From Camelus dromedarius (taxonomy: Eukaryota), in assembly GCF_036321535.1 (NCBI RefSeq), contig NC_087471.1, positions 4,898,001-4,962,000 of the forward strand: DNA of 64,000 nt, in the 5' to 3' direction. A model generated the notes under the pieces. It was given only the letters and a program-made list of their open reading frames with translations. It was not told the DNA's origin and did no database searches. The position numbers and the translations under genes were made by a program. This document shows, in pieces, positions 24,738 to 37,914 of this stretch (positions are counted from its first letter, which is position 1; the number at the start of each line of letters is the position of its first letter).

Positions 24738-26777
24738 GTACGTAAAGTTTGACAAATCCCGAGGGTCGCGGGTCTAGCAAAGTATATTCTGGGTCTAAGT
24801 TTGGAGGGGGGATTGGGGTAACTCCTGTTCCTTGATTTGTAAGTACCTCTGCGTTCTTCATTTCAGTTTTGAAACTCACCATACCTGCAGGTTAGCAAAA
24901 GCAAAAAGGCCTTACACCCTCATCAGGAAAACCTCCTTGAGCATATCTTTTTGTCCCATAATTTTTCATCTTGAATCAAATATCTGGGACTCCTTTTCTG
25001 TTTTTCACACTGAAGTACCACTTCACATCCTTTACAGAGAAGACAGGGCTATATATAAATGACCTTTCTTATCCACGAAGTCCATGTCACCTTTCAAGAT
25101 CCCCAGTCTTCTCTGTTTTTCCCTCCCCTGTACCACAGCTACTTCTGATTGTCTTAGAAGCACAGGGGGGAAAATGATCTTGATAATGAAAATTACAGGA
25201 AGTTAATAGTTTTTAAAATGGAATTAGAACCTCTTCCAGCTTAAAAATGGCAGGCAGTGATCAAAGTCATGCTTTTAATGAGACATGATTTGATTAAGTT
25301 AATATTTTTGGCAAGATGGAGGTCTTAGGAGGGGTAAGGATCCAGCCAGGGTATCAGGAAAGGGCATCGAGGGAGTTAGCTTTCCGGCTAGACTAGCAGC
25401 CGGCATGCTGCTGGAGACGAGAAGGAAATGCGAAAAGGATGAAAGCAGTTAGCTTGTTGAGGGTGTAGGATTCTAGATGACTTCATTTTTTAGTTTGCCT
25501 TAGTGGTAGCACAGTATTCATGCATAACTAGAACAAATTGTGGTTGGCTAAATGATACCCCTCATGGCTGAGGGAGCTGTAACTCTTCTCCCAAGTGTCA
25601 GAAGGTTACAGAGTCGGGGTCAGAGATTGCGCAGTGCTCTGTCCTGTTTTCACATGTAGTATTTTGTATTTCTCTTCAAACACTTGGTTTTAGGGTTGAT
25701 CCACTTACATCTGTACGATGGGAGATGCGCAGCTCGCTTTCATTTGACTCCCACTGGAGTGTCATCCATGGCACTGTTAACTCCAGTGCCTCATGTTGAC
25801 AGTCGACGGGCTGGAATAAAACAGGGTTGGTGCAGTACTGCACACAATTGTAGTGGATTCTTCCTTTGTAAAACTGATGGTATGATGTAATACATGTGGA
25901 TAGCCTGCTGTCTGAACAGCTTTCAGTTTTGTGGGTGAAAATTACCTTTGGCCCGTTGATTAAATTATTTTGATGGCTCTGAGTCCGTTCCTATTATATG
26001 GCATTATATAATGCAGCCCCATGGAGGAATTTGCACACGGCTCCTTCTTAAATATTATGATCAGATAGAACGCTCTGATTCTCTGTAAGGTTAACATTCA
26101 TTAAAATCCACACTTAAGAATATGATAATGCTATTCCATTGCTTACGGCGTAATTTTTCTCTCTCATAAATAATTGTTATGAATTTACTTTACAACTAGC
26201 ATATACATTCCCCAAAGCTGTGGCTGACTGATATTTGTGCTGATGGGGAGATACAGTTCGGGGGTTAACTACATGGCATAATGTGGTGGTTCCTGCTAAT
26301 ACTTCTTTTTTTTTCTCTGTCTCTTTCTAATGTCACATATAATGGCATAATATAGGAAATTTTGAGGTGAAGTCTTTTGAAATATCATTATAACAAGGCT
26401 GTTGGAGGGAGATTTCTTGATTTAAATGAAAGAAGAGATTTGTCTTCTAAAGATCTTAATATCTTTCTGAAAAGGTGCCCTCTGACTTCTGCCCCCACAG
26501 AGTGACACAGATGCCTGTGTTAGATTGAGTTTGATCAGACACTCACTTTCTCCAGCCCCTTGTCCGTGACTGAAAGCAGCTAAATGAGCACAGACGCTAT
26601 GTGGGGCTCACTTTTCCTCAGTGTGATAGACTCTTTAAAATCCAGGGTCGAAGATAGCAAAACTGATTCATTTTTCTTGAATCTGAGCACAGATCTCCAA
26701 GTTAAAAACCTTATGACTGACTAACTCGATAAAATTGAATTCTAAGTCCTTTCTCTCCCCTTCTCCATTTTTCACAG

Positions 26778-26871
26778 TCATCTTACTCCCAGTTACTGGC
26801 AGCTACATGCCTTACAAAGCTTGTATCGCGCACAAATAACCCTCTACCATTGGAACAACGAATAGATATTC
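26778..26871 (+). CDS. XPO7: Exportin-7 exon 3
   Basis: ttttcacag|...|gtaagt; 94 nt; [31 protein letters not shown]+1 nt. Confidence 0.97.
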
Positions 26872-27408
26872 GTAAGTAGAGAATTGCCTTTCCTCTCTTA
26901 AAGAAATGTTTGTTTAGTGTTGTGCTAGTAATAGTTAAATTTATGTTGTTTGTTTCATAATGTTCTGAAATTGCTAAGCATACAGAATAGAATCCAGGTT
27001 CTTTCCAGAATTTGGGCTTAGAAAAGTGAAGAGGACCCAGTGTAAGTGCTTCTAGGTAAAGCCTCAGTCACCCCTTACGTTGTCAGGAGGTTGTTTTCAT
27101 TCAGTCTTTACTGTCACTAGTAACTCAGGCGAACATTGTTCGGGATTTTGAATCCTGTGCCAGCCGTGTTACTTAATCACCTCGGGGTTGATTCAGGGTT
27201 GCCACACTTCAGATTCTTCACTGGGACAAGTATAAAATTCTGAGTTGGAAAGCCTACAGATCTGAAATTCAAAGTCCGCTTTCTCTGTAGTATGAAGAAT
27301 CAAGGGAGTTTAGGGCAAACTCACCATTTCCTGGACATGTAGCACATTTAAAGATGGACACCCTTCCCTGGCGGAGCTTCCGTGATGTAGGTGATTTTTG
27401 TTTTATAG

Positions 27409-27575
27409 GGAACTATGTGCTCAACTACCTTGCCACTCGGCCAAAGCTGGCTACTTTCGTGACACAAGCACTTATTCAGTTATATGCCAGGATCACCAAG
27501 CTGGGCTGGTTTGACTGTCAGAAGGATGACTATGTCTTCAGAAATGCAATCACTGATGTCACAAGGTTCTTGCAG
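27409..27575 (+). CDS. XPO7: Exportin-7 exon 4
   Basis: ttttatag|...|gtatga; 167 nt; (R)[16 protein letters not shown]...VTRFLQ, also in ORF track 27354-27581. Confidence 0.97.
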
Positions 27576-27875
27576 GTATGATGTCTGTATATAAGTACAT
27601 GATGTAATAGAAACGGGTGAAGCGGCACGTGCTGACTTCTGTGTTGATCTGCAAATGGAATTACTTGGTACATCCCCTTCTGTGTCTTTCCCACTCTTGG
27701 TCCATCTAGGCTTTACACGTTTCCATGTCAGCACAAACCCCACTTTGTTCTTTATGATGCTTGCACACTGTTGCAATTTAAAATGCTATAATTCATTTAA
27801 CTAATTTCTTACAGGTGGGCATTTAGTTAGTTTCTGTATTTTGACTGTTGAATAAATACCTCAGTGAATATCTTA

Positions 27876-27941
27876 GTGTGTGTGTGTGTGTGCGTGCGCG
27901 TGTGTATGTGTGTGTATACACAAGATATATATATATCTTGT
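27876..27941. repeat. Compound (TG)n/(TA)n microsatellite ending in a 22-bp perfect palindrome
   Basis: gtgtgtgtgtgtgtgtgcgtgcgcgtgtgtatgtgtgtgtatac then acaagatatatatatatcttgt (27920-27941). Confidence 0.9.
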
Positions 27942-28641
27942 CATACTTTGAGTTAACTGTGTTTGGAAGGTGAATTCCTAGCCTTTGAATTATTCAATCA
28001 AAAGGATGTGTGTATTTTTGGCTTATAAGCATATTTCCAAATTACCCTGAAAAAAAATTGCTCCCTCCAACAATTAAAAGAGTGCCTGTTCTCCTGCACC
28101 TCCACCCTGGGAGTTCAGCTTTTTTATTTTTCTAATTTCATAGGTAAAAAGAATTGGCATCTCAGCATTTGAGTTATGGATGAGATGGAACGAATTTTCA
28201 CATGCTGATTTACTGCTTACTTTTGTTTTTCTGTGAACTTCCTATTTGTGTCTTAAGTATTTTTTAAATCAGGTTCTTTGCCTTTCTCTTGTATACAGTC
28301 TCTTCGTAAATCGCCTTACACTTTGATTTGTCACTTACCTTGAATGTGATTTGCCAGCTTCTCCTTCTGTGGTGTGTGTGCTATAATGCTTATGGGTATT
28401 TTTTAGATACAAAAGGCTTCCATTTTGACGCAGTCAGATGTAGCAGTCTTCTTTTATGGCAGTTAGATTTTACGTCCTGCAAAGCAACAGTTTTAAATTA
28501 CAATTTCCTGCTACCTTGTCTAGGCAGTTTTAATAGCAGCACAAGATTCTGTCATTTCAAAAGTATGACTGCATTTCAAATGCTGAAATCAAGCTACACA
28601 GGCCAATTCTTTCTGCTTTCCTTTTTTTTTTTTTTAACCAG

Positions 28642-28707
28642 GATAGTGTTGAATACTGCATCATTGGCGTNNNNNNNNNNNNNNNNNNNNNNNNNNNNNN
28701 NNNNNNN
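28642..28707 (+). CDS. XPO7: Exportin-7 exon 5 (3' part inside N-gap)
   Basis: tttttaaccag|GAT AGT GTT GAA TAC TGC ATC ATT GGC GT = DSVEYCIIGV, visible to 28670. End at 28707 inferred from the expected 66-nt length. Confidence 0.8.
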
Positions 28708-29599
28708 NNNNNNNNNNNNNNNNNNNNNNNNNNNNNNNNNNNNNNNNNNNNNNNNNNNNNNNNNNNNNNNNNNNNNNNNNNNNNNNNNNNNNNNNNNNNN
28801 NNNNNNNNNNNNNNNNNNNNNNNNNNNNNNNNNNNNNNNNNNNNNNNNNNNNNNNNNNTTTTCCTCTGTAAGTGCAGTCTACCTCACTCTTGCTGTCCTG
28901 ATCCCCTTCTGTCTCCAGAACACCTTACCCTCTCATCTCAGCTTCCCTCAGTGGTATTAATGTTCATTTAGAGATGAGAGCAACAGTCCTAAGTCAAAAC
29001 TTTAATGAAATAATTGCTGATGAAAGACAATGAGCCCAAAAAGGGATGACAAACGTGAAGCCAGCGTCATTGGTGTACCCTTTCTGCTGTATAAATTAGT
29101 ATGCGTTTATAATCATTCAAAAGTCAACTGCCGGGTGCTGTTATTAAGGATTTTGCTGATAATCTTTTCAGAATGCATGAAACACTGCTAAATACCAGAT
29201 AATTTTTTAAATAGTCATTGATGGCACAGGTTACTACAGAGGAAACACCAGTGGCTTTCTTTTGCTCTGGCTGTGATGTTTTTAGTCATTCACTTTTGTA
29301 TCCAGCTGAAATGTTACAGTTACTGAGCAGACCAGCATCACTACTGGTTGTAACCCCTCACCCTTCAGGTGTCGGCTGCTAATTACATTGGCATCCCTGT
29401 TGCTCTTGTTTATACTGATGCAAACGTTTTTATTAACCTTGACAATTTTTAACCAAGTTGGTACTGTTTTAAATGCACAGGCTTATAGCCTCTTCAAGCC
29501 TAGAGCCTCTGTTGTGTTCTGTCACTTGCGATCTTCATTGTGGTTGATAATTGTCAAAATAAGAGTACCTTGCGCTTCTGACTAGTTTCACCCTCACGG

Positions 29600-29755
29600 T
29601 AGTGCTGCGTGTAGGTACCGAGGTTATCCCGTTTTCTAGATAAGTAAACAGGCGCATAGAGGCTCAGTAATTTGCCTTCAGCGTCAGTTACCACACATCA
29701 GTTCGTGAATTCAGACCCGTGTATTCTTATTCCAGACTGTGCTCTGAACAGCTAA
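29600..29755 (-). mobile_element. MIR SINE
   Basis: cccgttttctagataagtaaacaggcgcatagaggctcagtaatttgcc. Confidence 0.6.
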
Positions 29756-30100
29756 CTTACTATCTAACCGCTATTACCCCTGTAGTAAGAAAGCACGAGT
29801 TCACTAAGCACGGAGATGGTGGGGCTAACGGTCTCCCCTTTGAAGTCTGTCTCTGCAAAATCCATCAATGTTGGTATTTTTAAAAAATCTTTTCAAACTT
29901 TTATTTGCCTTTCCTAAGAAAACAAAAGAAATGTGTGTGATATACTTAACATGTAATTATTCTCTGTGTTATGATCAGTGTAACAGAGTATCTACGGCAT
30001 CTGATATTTAACCTAGCAATACCTTATTATGCAAGACATTTATGGTAGCACAATGACACTGAAGCTGAAATTGGAAGCCATGCTTAATTTTCTATTAGGC

Positions 30101-30138
30101 TTTTTTTTCTTTCTTTCTTTCTTTCTTTCTTTCTTTTT
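30101..30138. repeat. (TTTC)n simple repeat
   Basis: ttttttttctttctttctttctttctttctttctttt. Confidence 0.9.
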
Positions 30139-31025
30139 GCTTGTTTGTAAAATTTTAAGTCAGAAAGCGTATTTCTGTTACCATTCCTATTTGAATTTAG
30201 AAATAAAATTCTAGGGGGATCCTAACTTAGTTGTCTATCAGAAATCTCGCTGCATTTTTCTTTAATGTGCCAAAAGCAAAATGAGCTCCCTCCTGGATGA
30301 ACTGATCAGCATGTAGAAGAGATTTAAGCTTTCAGTAAGTGGTTGGACTGAAAGTGCTCTTGGCAACGTTGAAGTTCCTTTATTGCACTTATCGAGAGCC
30401 TCCTGTGTGTCAGAAACAGAGGGCATACTAAAGAAGTAAAAAACTGAATTCTTGACCACAAGAACCTTTAAAATGTGACTGAAAAGACAACAGAGGAGTA
30501 AGTGAGAGACTAGTACAAGTGCTGAAGTGCTCCCACCCGTGGTGTAGACACATGTTGAAACATGTTAGGGAAGGAGAGTGTTACAGGCTGTTGTCATTTA
30601 TCTCAAGTTCATGGTTGTTGGTTAATGACTGGGGAATTTTGTAGTAACTTCAGCCCTGAGTGGATTGTTTACCAATTGTCTACTGTCTGATTTTGAGACT
30701 AAGCCACAATACAGCGTCATAGTAATTATTAGCAATATCTTCCAACAATTCGTTACATTTCATCTCCCTAAGTGCGGAGGGAATTAAACTTTACTGTGGA
30801 GATACTCACCCCTCCTGTCTGCCCTCTGTGTGCTGTAGAGACATGATATCCTGCTTAGCTATCAGCAGCTTACTGTCATTTGCACCCTCTCACTGAATAT
30901 GATTTAGTAGGAATTTAAATGTTTAAAATGCATTTTGTTGTTTATGTTGGTTTTATTGAAAATCCTTCTAGTTTATTTGAAGTCTACATGAACTTTTCTT
31001 TCCTTTCAGTTAATTCTAAAGCTTG

Positions 31026-31165
31026 NNNNNNNNNNNNNNNNNNNNNNNNNNNNNNNNNNNNNNNNNNNNNNNNNNNNNNNNNNNNNNNNNNNNNNNNNNN
31101 NNNNNNNNNNNNNNNNNNNNNNNNNNNNNNNNNNNNNNNNNNNNNNNNNNNNNNNNNNNNNNNNN
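31026..31165 (+). CDS. XPO7: Exportin-7 exon 6, inferred to lie entirely within this 140-nt N-gap
   Basis: The expected 105-nt exon (ADTTHPLTKH...NLLKQ) is absent from readable sequence between exons 5 and 7. The gap has a pyrimidine-rich left flank and a GT (gttggg) right after it. The other gap (28671-28858) cannot hold a full intron plus this exon. Inference only. Confidence 0.55.
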
Positions 31166-32744
31166 GTTGGGTCCTACAGTTTCTTTTGAAAGAATGAGAA
31201 AAAGTGGGAACTTGTTAGATGTCAGCTGTTCACTGACCCCGTGAGAGTTTACGTATCTCTTTAATCATCAGCATCTCTCACATAATACCTGTGTCAGATA
31301 CCGAGAAACTTGCCAGACTGACCTGACGTTGGAGAGAGGATTGTGACTTCCCTGTGTCACATCTGTTCCCCTAGGTAAAGAGCAGTAAGTGAACACTTAC
31401 CCACCTCCTAGCTTAAAGGAACTTATCTCCTAGTTTAAAGGAACTAGTTTACCACAAAGTGTGAGATTTTGTTGTTTGCTTTTTTTATGTCCACATAAAA
31501 TCTTCCTATGTCGAGTAAAAGCATCTTAGCTTTATGGTGTTTGGATTCTCAGTGCTCTGAAAGCAGGTTCAAACTACATTGTTAGCGTACTAAAACTAGG
31601 CTGGCTCCCCCGTCCCCTGCTGAGTTACAGGCAGCAGATAAACAAGCAACATCTGTAAGGAAAAGTAGATTTTGAATTTTTAACATCCATTTACATTTCA
31701 TAACCTGAAGGGGTAAACAATATCACATAAGGAAATTGCCTGTTTTAAAGTAGAAAGTTGGTATTTCTTTTCATTTATTGATAGCCTTGAACTAAGAAGG
31801 AAATGTTAACCTATGAATTCTGTATATTTGTAACAATGTTTGGTTGCTTTGTCCCTATAGAAAGCTGAAGGGGGTTGGCCTCTGGATTTTTCTTCATTTG
31901 AGGAGTTTTTTGGTTTGTTCTTTCTTGTTCTCATTTTCCAGTGTGTCTCAGCTTTAGTACTAGAAGCAAGTTTGGCTCTGTCTTTTGTCCCAGTTAACGG
32001 TGTCCGCCTTTTCCCTCAGTCACCTAGTTTTACTTCAGGACCCCCCAAAGTCCTCAGTTTGGGTAAGCTTCTCGCAAAAGCTGTCGTACCCTCGGGAGGA
32101 ATAAGCTTTGAGAAAACTGAGGATTGAATCCTCCTCTGATAGTGATGCTGTCGGAAACAATTAGCCAGCCAGTCACCGAGGTCACAGCTGGTATGAATTA
32201 GAATCTGATGGTCCCCATGGCTCTGGGCCAGTGTTGAGCTATTGGCAGGTACGCTGCTGATGAATAAATAAAACTCAGTGGCGATTTGTCTTAACTTTGG
32301 TTTCAGAGATTTTTGTTGATGTTGGCAATGGTAATGTTAAAAAGCGGAAGGAAGATACAGCAGGTGCAGCGGGGTGTAACACTTCCTAGGACTACCCCCA
32401 GAGCTTAGTCCCAGCCCTGTCTGGGAAGAGCAGGAATCTCACATGCACAGTAACCATACTGCCCATGTTGCTTCCAGTTTCCCTGTGGCCGTGATGTCCT
32501 CAGCATGTAAAGAATAAGCGTCCAGGGGGGATTTCTTTAAATACCAGCTTTGTCTCTTTATAGTAAATATGCTTTAATAGTAATAAGGAGCTAGGATTTT
32601 CATAGTGACATTAAAGTGATGGAAGTACAGCGTCTTTTGGGAGAGGAACATCACTTGACTCTGTTGAAATGCTACCCTCCTTCTGGTAGCAAGCTTGGAA
32701 GAAAGGAGTGATTGTTTGGGCTCATTACGTGGTCATTTTTACAG

Positions 32745-32910
32745 GCTTCGGGAAAGAATCTAAACTTGAATGATGAGAGCCAGCATGGCTTGCTCATGCA
32801 GCTGCTCAAGCTCACTCACAACTGCCTGAACTTTGACTTCATCGGCACCTCTACTGACGAGTCCTCGGATGACCTGTGCACGGTACAGATTCCCACCAGC
32901 TGGAGATCAG
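32745..32910 (+). CDS. XPO7: Exportin-7 exon 7
   Basis: atttttacag|...|gtaaca; 166 nt; [17 protein letters not shown]...QIPTSWRS+1 nt. Confidence 0.97.
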
Positions 32911-33366
32911 GTAACAGAGTCACCCCCCGAAGCAGGCGTGCTGCTCCACTCTGCTGGGGGCCTGGGGTGTGGTCTAGGGAACCCCTGGCAGATCCCTTGC
33001 TTGCTTCTGGAGAAAACTCAGAGTGTCAGGACAGGCCTTAGTAAGGTCAGGGAGGGGCTGTTGGAGGAGTCTTACAGACCCCCCCAGCCTGGGAGAACTC
33101 TTAACTGCTGGGTTCCCGGTGGATGTGCGTTTGACCTTGCACTAATCACCTAGAGATTTCTGATGTCTTACTCATTTGAGGGGATTTCCAGCTTTAAAAA
33201 CAAAATCAAATAAAAGAACTTATGCTTACGCTTGTTTTTGTGTTCCTAAGAATAAAAATTCTTGCTGTGAACAGAGTCCTGATTGTCTTAAGTTGTTTGA
33301 GAATCAGAAGAATGAATCTGTTTCTTAGAGAAGTTAAAAACTAATGCTTTAAAAAAAAAAAGGAGA

Positions 33367-33509
33367 GGGGAGTCGGGTATAGCTCAGCTGGTTGAGCACA
33401 TGCCTAGCATGCATGAGGTACTGTGTTCAAACCCCAGCACCCCACTGAAAAATCAAATAAATAAATAAACCTAATTACTTCCCCCTGCAAAGAAAAAAGA
33501 AAAAAAAAA
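33367..33509 (+). mobile_element. Vic-1-type SINE
   Basis: ggggagtcgggtatagctcagctggttgagcacatgcctagcatgcatgaggtactgtgttcaaacccc...aataaataaacctaattacttcccc plus A tail. Confidence 0.85.
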
Positions 33510-33735
33510 TTTTAAAGAAATTGATTACAGATAAACTTTGTAATAAACATGTTTTTAAAAAAAGCAAAAGAAAGGAAAGAAAGGAAGAAAACAAAAAGCC
33601 CCTAGTAGCTTATCACTTTCGAAGGCAATAAACATTGTGTAAGATAGGAGAGCAGAAAGATACCTCCCTGATGAAGACGCAGTGCCAGCTTACGCTCATT
33701 GCAGTGTACTCAATAAAGTGCTCTTTTTCTTTCAG

Positions 33736-33809
33736 CGTTCTTAGATTCTTCAACTCTGCAGCTGTTTTTTGACCTGTATCATTCCATCCCTCCTTCATTT
33801 TCACCTCTG
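33736..33809 (+). CDS. XPO7: Exportin-7 exon 8
   Basis: ttctttcag|...|gtaagt; 74 nt; (A)[24 protein letters not shown]. Confidence 0.96.
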
Positions 33810-35435
33810 GTAAGTCAGGACCGTAGTTTGTGTCTCTAGAAAGTAGCAGTGCTGAATGAGCTTTATGTTCGTTTTGTTGTACAAAACCACAGAAGCACAG
33901 AGAGAAGGACTAGGGTTAGTGCCTTTGGAGATAAAGCTTTTTGTCATCTAAAGGTTCTCACAGTACAGTCTTAATTCCTTTTAAACTGCTCCTGTCTAAT
34001 GACAAGTTGCTGCAGGTGTCAGGCTCTTTGGGTCTCACCTTTTATCTGACTTTATACTATGCCTCAGGTTGCAGTAGGATAGAGTGTGGGGAATTCACCC
34101 TACATTGTCTAGTTGAAGACTGTCACGACTAAGAAACCGTCTGAAAATCCCTCAGGCGTGTTACGTGAGTGATCCATGGACGCTGCTTTGGGAAGGCAGA
34201 TCTGCATCCTTACCCTGAATAACATTTGAAAGCTCTTGGGAATGCTGCACTTCTCCTTTAAAGCAATCATTAACTTCCTCAGATCTCAAAAAATTCATGC
34301 CGGTCCTAAATGATGTTGGTCTAGTATGCAGATGGTTAGTGTAAATTGCTGTTGTACAGAACATACAAAAAAACACAGTGAAGTAAATGGGTGTTTTGCA
34401 TAGTGTTTCTGCAGTAGACCGTTTTCCTGGTCATTGCAGTACTTTTCCAAATAAATATAGGCCTTCACTCTGGCAGAAACATGGATTCATGTTGTTTGTA
34501 TCATTCAGTTTACTTTAGGGAAAGATAGCACACTCAAGAGGGGTAAGTAATGAAAGCACTGTAAAGGGGTCGGCAAAATTAAGGGACTCCAACAAGGGTG
34601 GTGATGTACACCCCCCAGAGTGGGGCTAGCAATAGTGAGGACCTTCAGGGGCAGGGGAAGGAAGCCTGGAGCTGAAGCTGTGGCTAGGGGAGGGCTGTCC
34701 AGCCAAGGTAGAGGAGGTCTGCCGGCCACGGCCCAGCCGGGGGCGGTGAGGGGGCACCTTTTTCTTCCTGCACTTAGTCTCCTGCTGGTACTTCCAGTGG
34801 TTGAAGCCAACTAGAAGGAAGAAGGCAAGGGAGCTTGGCTGTTGTTAGTCAACAGAGGTCAGCCTTCCAGAAACAGAGTAGGGTGGAGAAGGGCAGAAAA
34901 TAGATCCGTCTGGAGGGGCAAACCGAGAATATGAATATGTACACAGTGGGGAAAGGGGAAGTGCTTTCGCTGTCAGATCTGACTTGATCATTTCATGATA
35001 GCGCTACGTAACAAAGACCGGTTAGCCAAAGGCCTTAATGAAATGGGAAAAAAAGAACTATCTAAAGCATTATTTAAACTATGAGTTGCTTGGTGTTTTC
35101 TACCTTTAACTATGTATCTTAAACACAAATCAAAGAAGCTGTAGGCTGGTCAAAGAATAATATCTGAACGGACTCCCAGACTGTGGATCTAACTAGTTGT
35201 TGCGATCAACTGGGATTTAATGGTCTTTTTATTTTTCTCTTAATAACGCTGTTTCAGGCATCCTGAGCTGCGCCCTCCTTGATCTTTCTGCATCGTTCCA
35301 GTAGTAGCAGGGGTTGAAAGAGCAGAGCTAGAGGCGCCCGTGTAAAGAGTGTGTGCGGCCGGGGAAGAGGCAGCGGGCACAGCGGGCACAGCGGGGGCCT
35401 CTTTCTGATCACTGTGTTGCGTCTGCCCTCCTCAG

Positions 35436-35555
35436 GTACTCTCCTGCCTAGTACAGATCGCCTCGGTGAGAAGGTCCCTGTTCAACAACGCGGAGAGGGC
35501 CAAGTTCCTCTCTCATCTTGTGGATGGTGTTAAGCGAATACTGGAAANNNNNNNN
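35436..35555 (+). CDS. XPO7: Exportin-7 exon 9 (last ~8 nt inside N-gap)
   Basis: ccctcctcag|GTA CTC TCC...; [37 protein letters not shown] visible to 35547; end inferred from the 120-nt length. Confidence 0.9.
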
Positions 35556-36129
35556 NNNNNNNNNNNNNNNNNNNNNNNNNNNNNNNNNNNNNNNNNNNNN
35601 NNNNNNNNNNNNNNNNNNNNNNNNNNNNNNNNNNNNNNNNNNNNNNNNNNNNNNNNNNNNNNNNNNNNNNNNNNNNNNNNNNNNNNTCATGACTCAGAAG
35701 GAAGTCAGTCTAGCGGTCACATGCAGCAGAAATCCTAGAACGCAGTCCGGTCTGTCCTTCAGAAGATTTAAGTGCGTCTGTGCGTGTTTGTCTGTGTTTA
35801 TAATGTTCACTCAAAGAGGAGCTTGTGTTCTTTCGCTTCAGGAATGCAGGATCACTCAGAAGGGAAAGAAGGTGAGGGCTCATCATTTTTCCCCGAGAAA
35901 TTAAGAATCTCAAGTTTGTTTTTTATTTTCATTTCCATTTTTTGAAAATGCAGTATTTACCCAAGTATAAAGGACTGCATTCAGGTGGGAGAGGGAGATA
36001 GTTCTCATTCACATGTTCAGTCCATAACTCAGTTGCCCTTTTTGTCTTTTTCAGTCCCTACTTTTTTTTAAGTGTCACTTCTCCATGCTAGGAAATATTT
36101 TCAAAGCAGTTCATTTTTAAATATACTCA

Positions 36130-36330
36130 GTTCTGTCCCTCTTTTTAAAAATTAATCTATTCAGTCAACGAATGTGTGGAGCCATCCACCATGTTGCAGG
36201 GACACAGTGGTGAACAGAACAAAATCTGCCCTTTTTCTCTAATGGAGCAGGACATGTCAGGAAACAACTGTGCTGGTGTAACACACAAACAAACCAAAAG
36301 CGTTTTGATAAACAAGTGAAATACATAAAG
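36130..36330 (-). mobile_element. L2 3' fragment
   Basis: ctattcagtcaacgaatgtgtggagcc...gacacagtggtgaacagaacaaaatctgccc. Confidence 0.55.
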
Positions 36331-36865
36331 AAATAAAACACATCGATATACTAATACGGGAAGAAGTTTATTGTAGCCATGATGATAGATTGTATGAAAT
36401 ATTTGTATCACTGTGCCACGATGGTGTAGTTGTGCGTCATGATAAACCTGACAGATGTGAAAATGAAAATTTCATTACTTTTCCCTTGATCAGTGGGAAG
36501 CAGACAGCCCAGTCACACCCTAGATCGTGCCCCTTCTCTGCCATCAGTCAACTCTACAGCTCCGGGCAGTACTGTGGTCCTTCTGGGCTGCTGTTTCAGA
36601 CTCTTCCCATTGAGGATAACAACCCCCCTGTCTCACAGGGTGGTTTCTGTGAACAGATGAGATAACTGATGTGCCCATCCCTTTTAAAAGTGACTTTTTA
36701 AAAAATTGGTTTTAAACATTATACAAACGTATCATTCCGAGTGATGACCTGCAGCTCAGAAGCTAAAGCAGGCTCCCCCCTCCTCGTGCCGTCCTGGGCG
36801 TCACTTGGGAGGAAGCACCGTGAGTCCCACTTGACATTTTATTTTCCCCCCTGTGCCGTCCCCAG

Positions 36866-37012
36866 AGTCTATCGGACCCAAACAATTACCACGAGTTCTG
36901 CAGACTGCTGGCCCGGCTGAAGAGTAACTATCAGCTGGGAGAGCTGGTGAAGGTGGAGAACTACCCCGAGGTCATCCGACTGATAGCTAACTTCACAGTG
37001 ACCAGCCTGCAG
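36866..37012 (+). CDS. XPO7: Exportin-7 exon 10
   Basis: gtccccag|...|gtgtgt; 147 nt; [20 protein letters not shown]...NFTVTSLQ. Confidence 0.97.
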
Positions 37013-37344
37013 GTGTGTCTTGGGTTGCTTGTCCCTTCTCCCGAAACGTCGGACCCTCCCCTCTTGCTCACCGGTGTTTCTTAGCCTTGCAAGGGTTTTC
37101 TCCCTTGGCAGAAGTGGGGGGAAGTACAGGACAGCCCCACGGAGCAGTTACGGTCGCAGCCCGCTCATTTTCGTTACAGAAGTTCACGGGGTGTGCTTAG
37201 AGGAGCGTGAGGGAATTGCAGGAGTAATTTTTAGACTCGCAGCAGAGAGAATTCCCTCACGGTCCCCCCGAAAGAGGCAGGCTTGGGACAGGGCGCCACG
37301 TGGACGAGTGAGGGGAGCCAGCGACCTCTCCGTCACGTGGAGGG

Positions 37345-37526
37345 CAGAGGTCTGCCAGGTTTACGGCCTGCCTCAAAACCGTCTGAGGGGCGTGACGAGC
37401 AGTGCAGGGGCGTGGGTCCTGCCCCGTAATTTCTGGCTCGCTCGGTCCAGGCTGGAGCCTTGGCACCCTCGTCTCCAGCAGCCTCTCCACGAGACTCCCA
37501 TGCACACTGACGTTTGAGAGCGCCTG
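37345..37526. mobile_element. MER5A-like MITE, strongly GC-shifted
   Basis: Ends tgcacactgacgtttgagagcgcctg versus the MER5A-type tgcacactaaagtttgagaaccactg. Confidence 0.5.
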
Positions 37527-37741
37527 CACGACCAGCGCAGGACAGCTCTCCTCATCTGATGCGTAACCCCTGAAACACCAATAAACATGTTAGACTGGTT
37601 GCTGTACACAGACCAGAAAGCCTGTAAAAGTTTATCTTTTTTTTTTTTTAAGAAAAGTCTTTATCTTGTGTGTTGAGTGTCGGGGGGCTGATGTGTTGTG
37701 TGCAAAATCGAGAACTGTGCCTCCTGTCTTGGTTTCCTCAG

Positions 37742-37914
37742 CACTGGGAGTTCGCCCCGAACAGCGTGCACTATCTCCTGAGCCTGTGGCAGCGGCTGGC
37801 GGCCTCTGTGCCCTACGTGAAAGCCACGGAGCCCCACATGCTGGAGACGTACACGCCCGAGGTCACCAAAGCCTACATCACGTCCCGCCTGGAGTCTGTG
37901 CACATCATCCTGAG
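37742..37914 (+). CDS. XPO7: Exportin-7 exon 11
   Basis: tttcctcag|...|gtgagc; 173 nt; [19 protein letters not shown]...ESVHIIL+2 nt. Confidence 0.97.

Noticed and set aside
28708-28873. Possible 27-nt extension of exon 5 (recalled VSATAFLIE isoform) and a GTAAGT at 28868
   Set aside because: The relevant bases are inside the N-gap, so neither can be supported.
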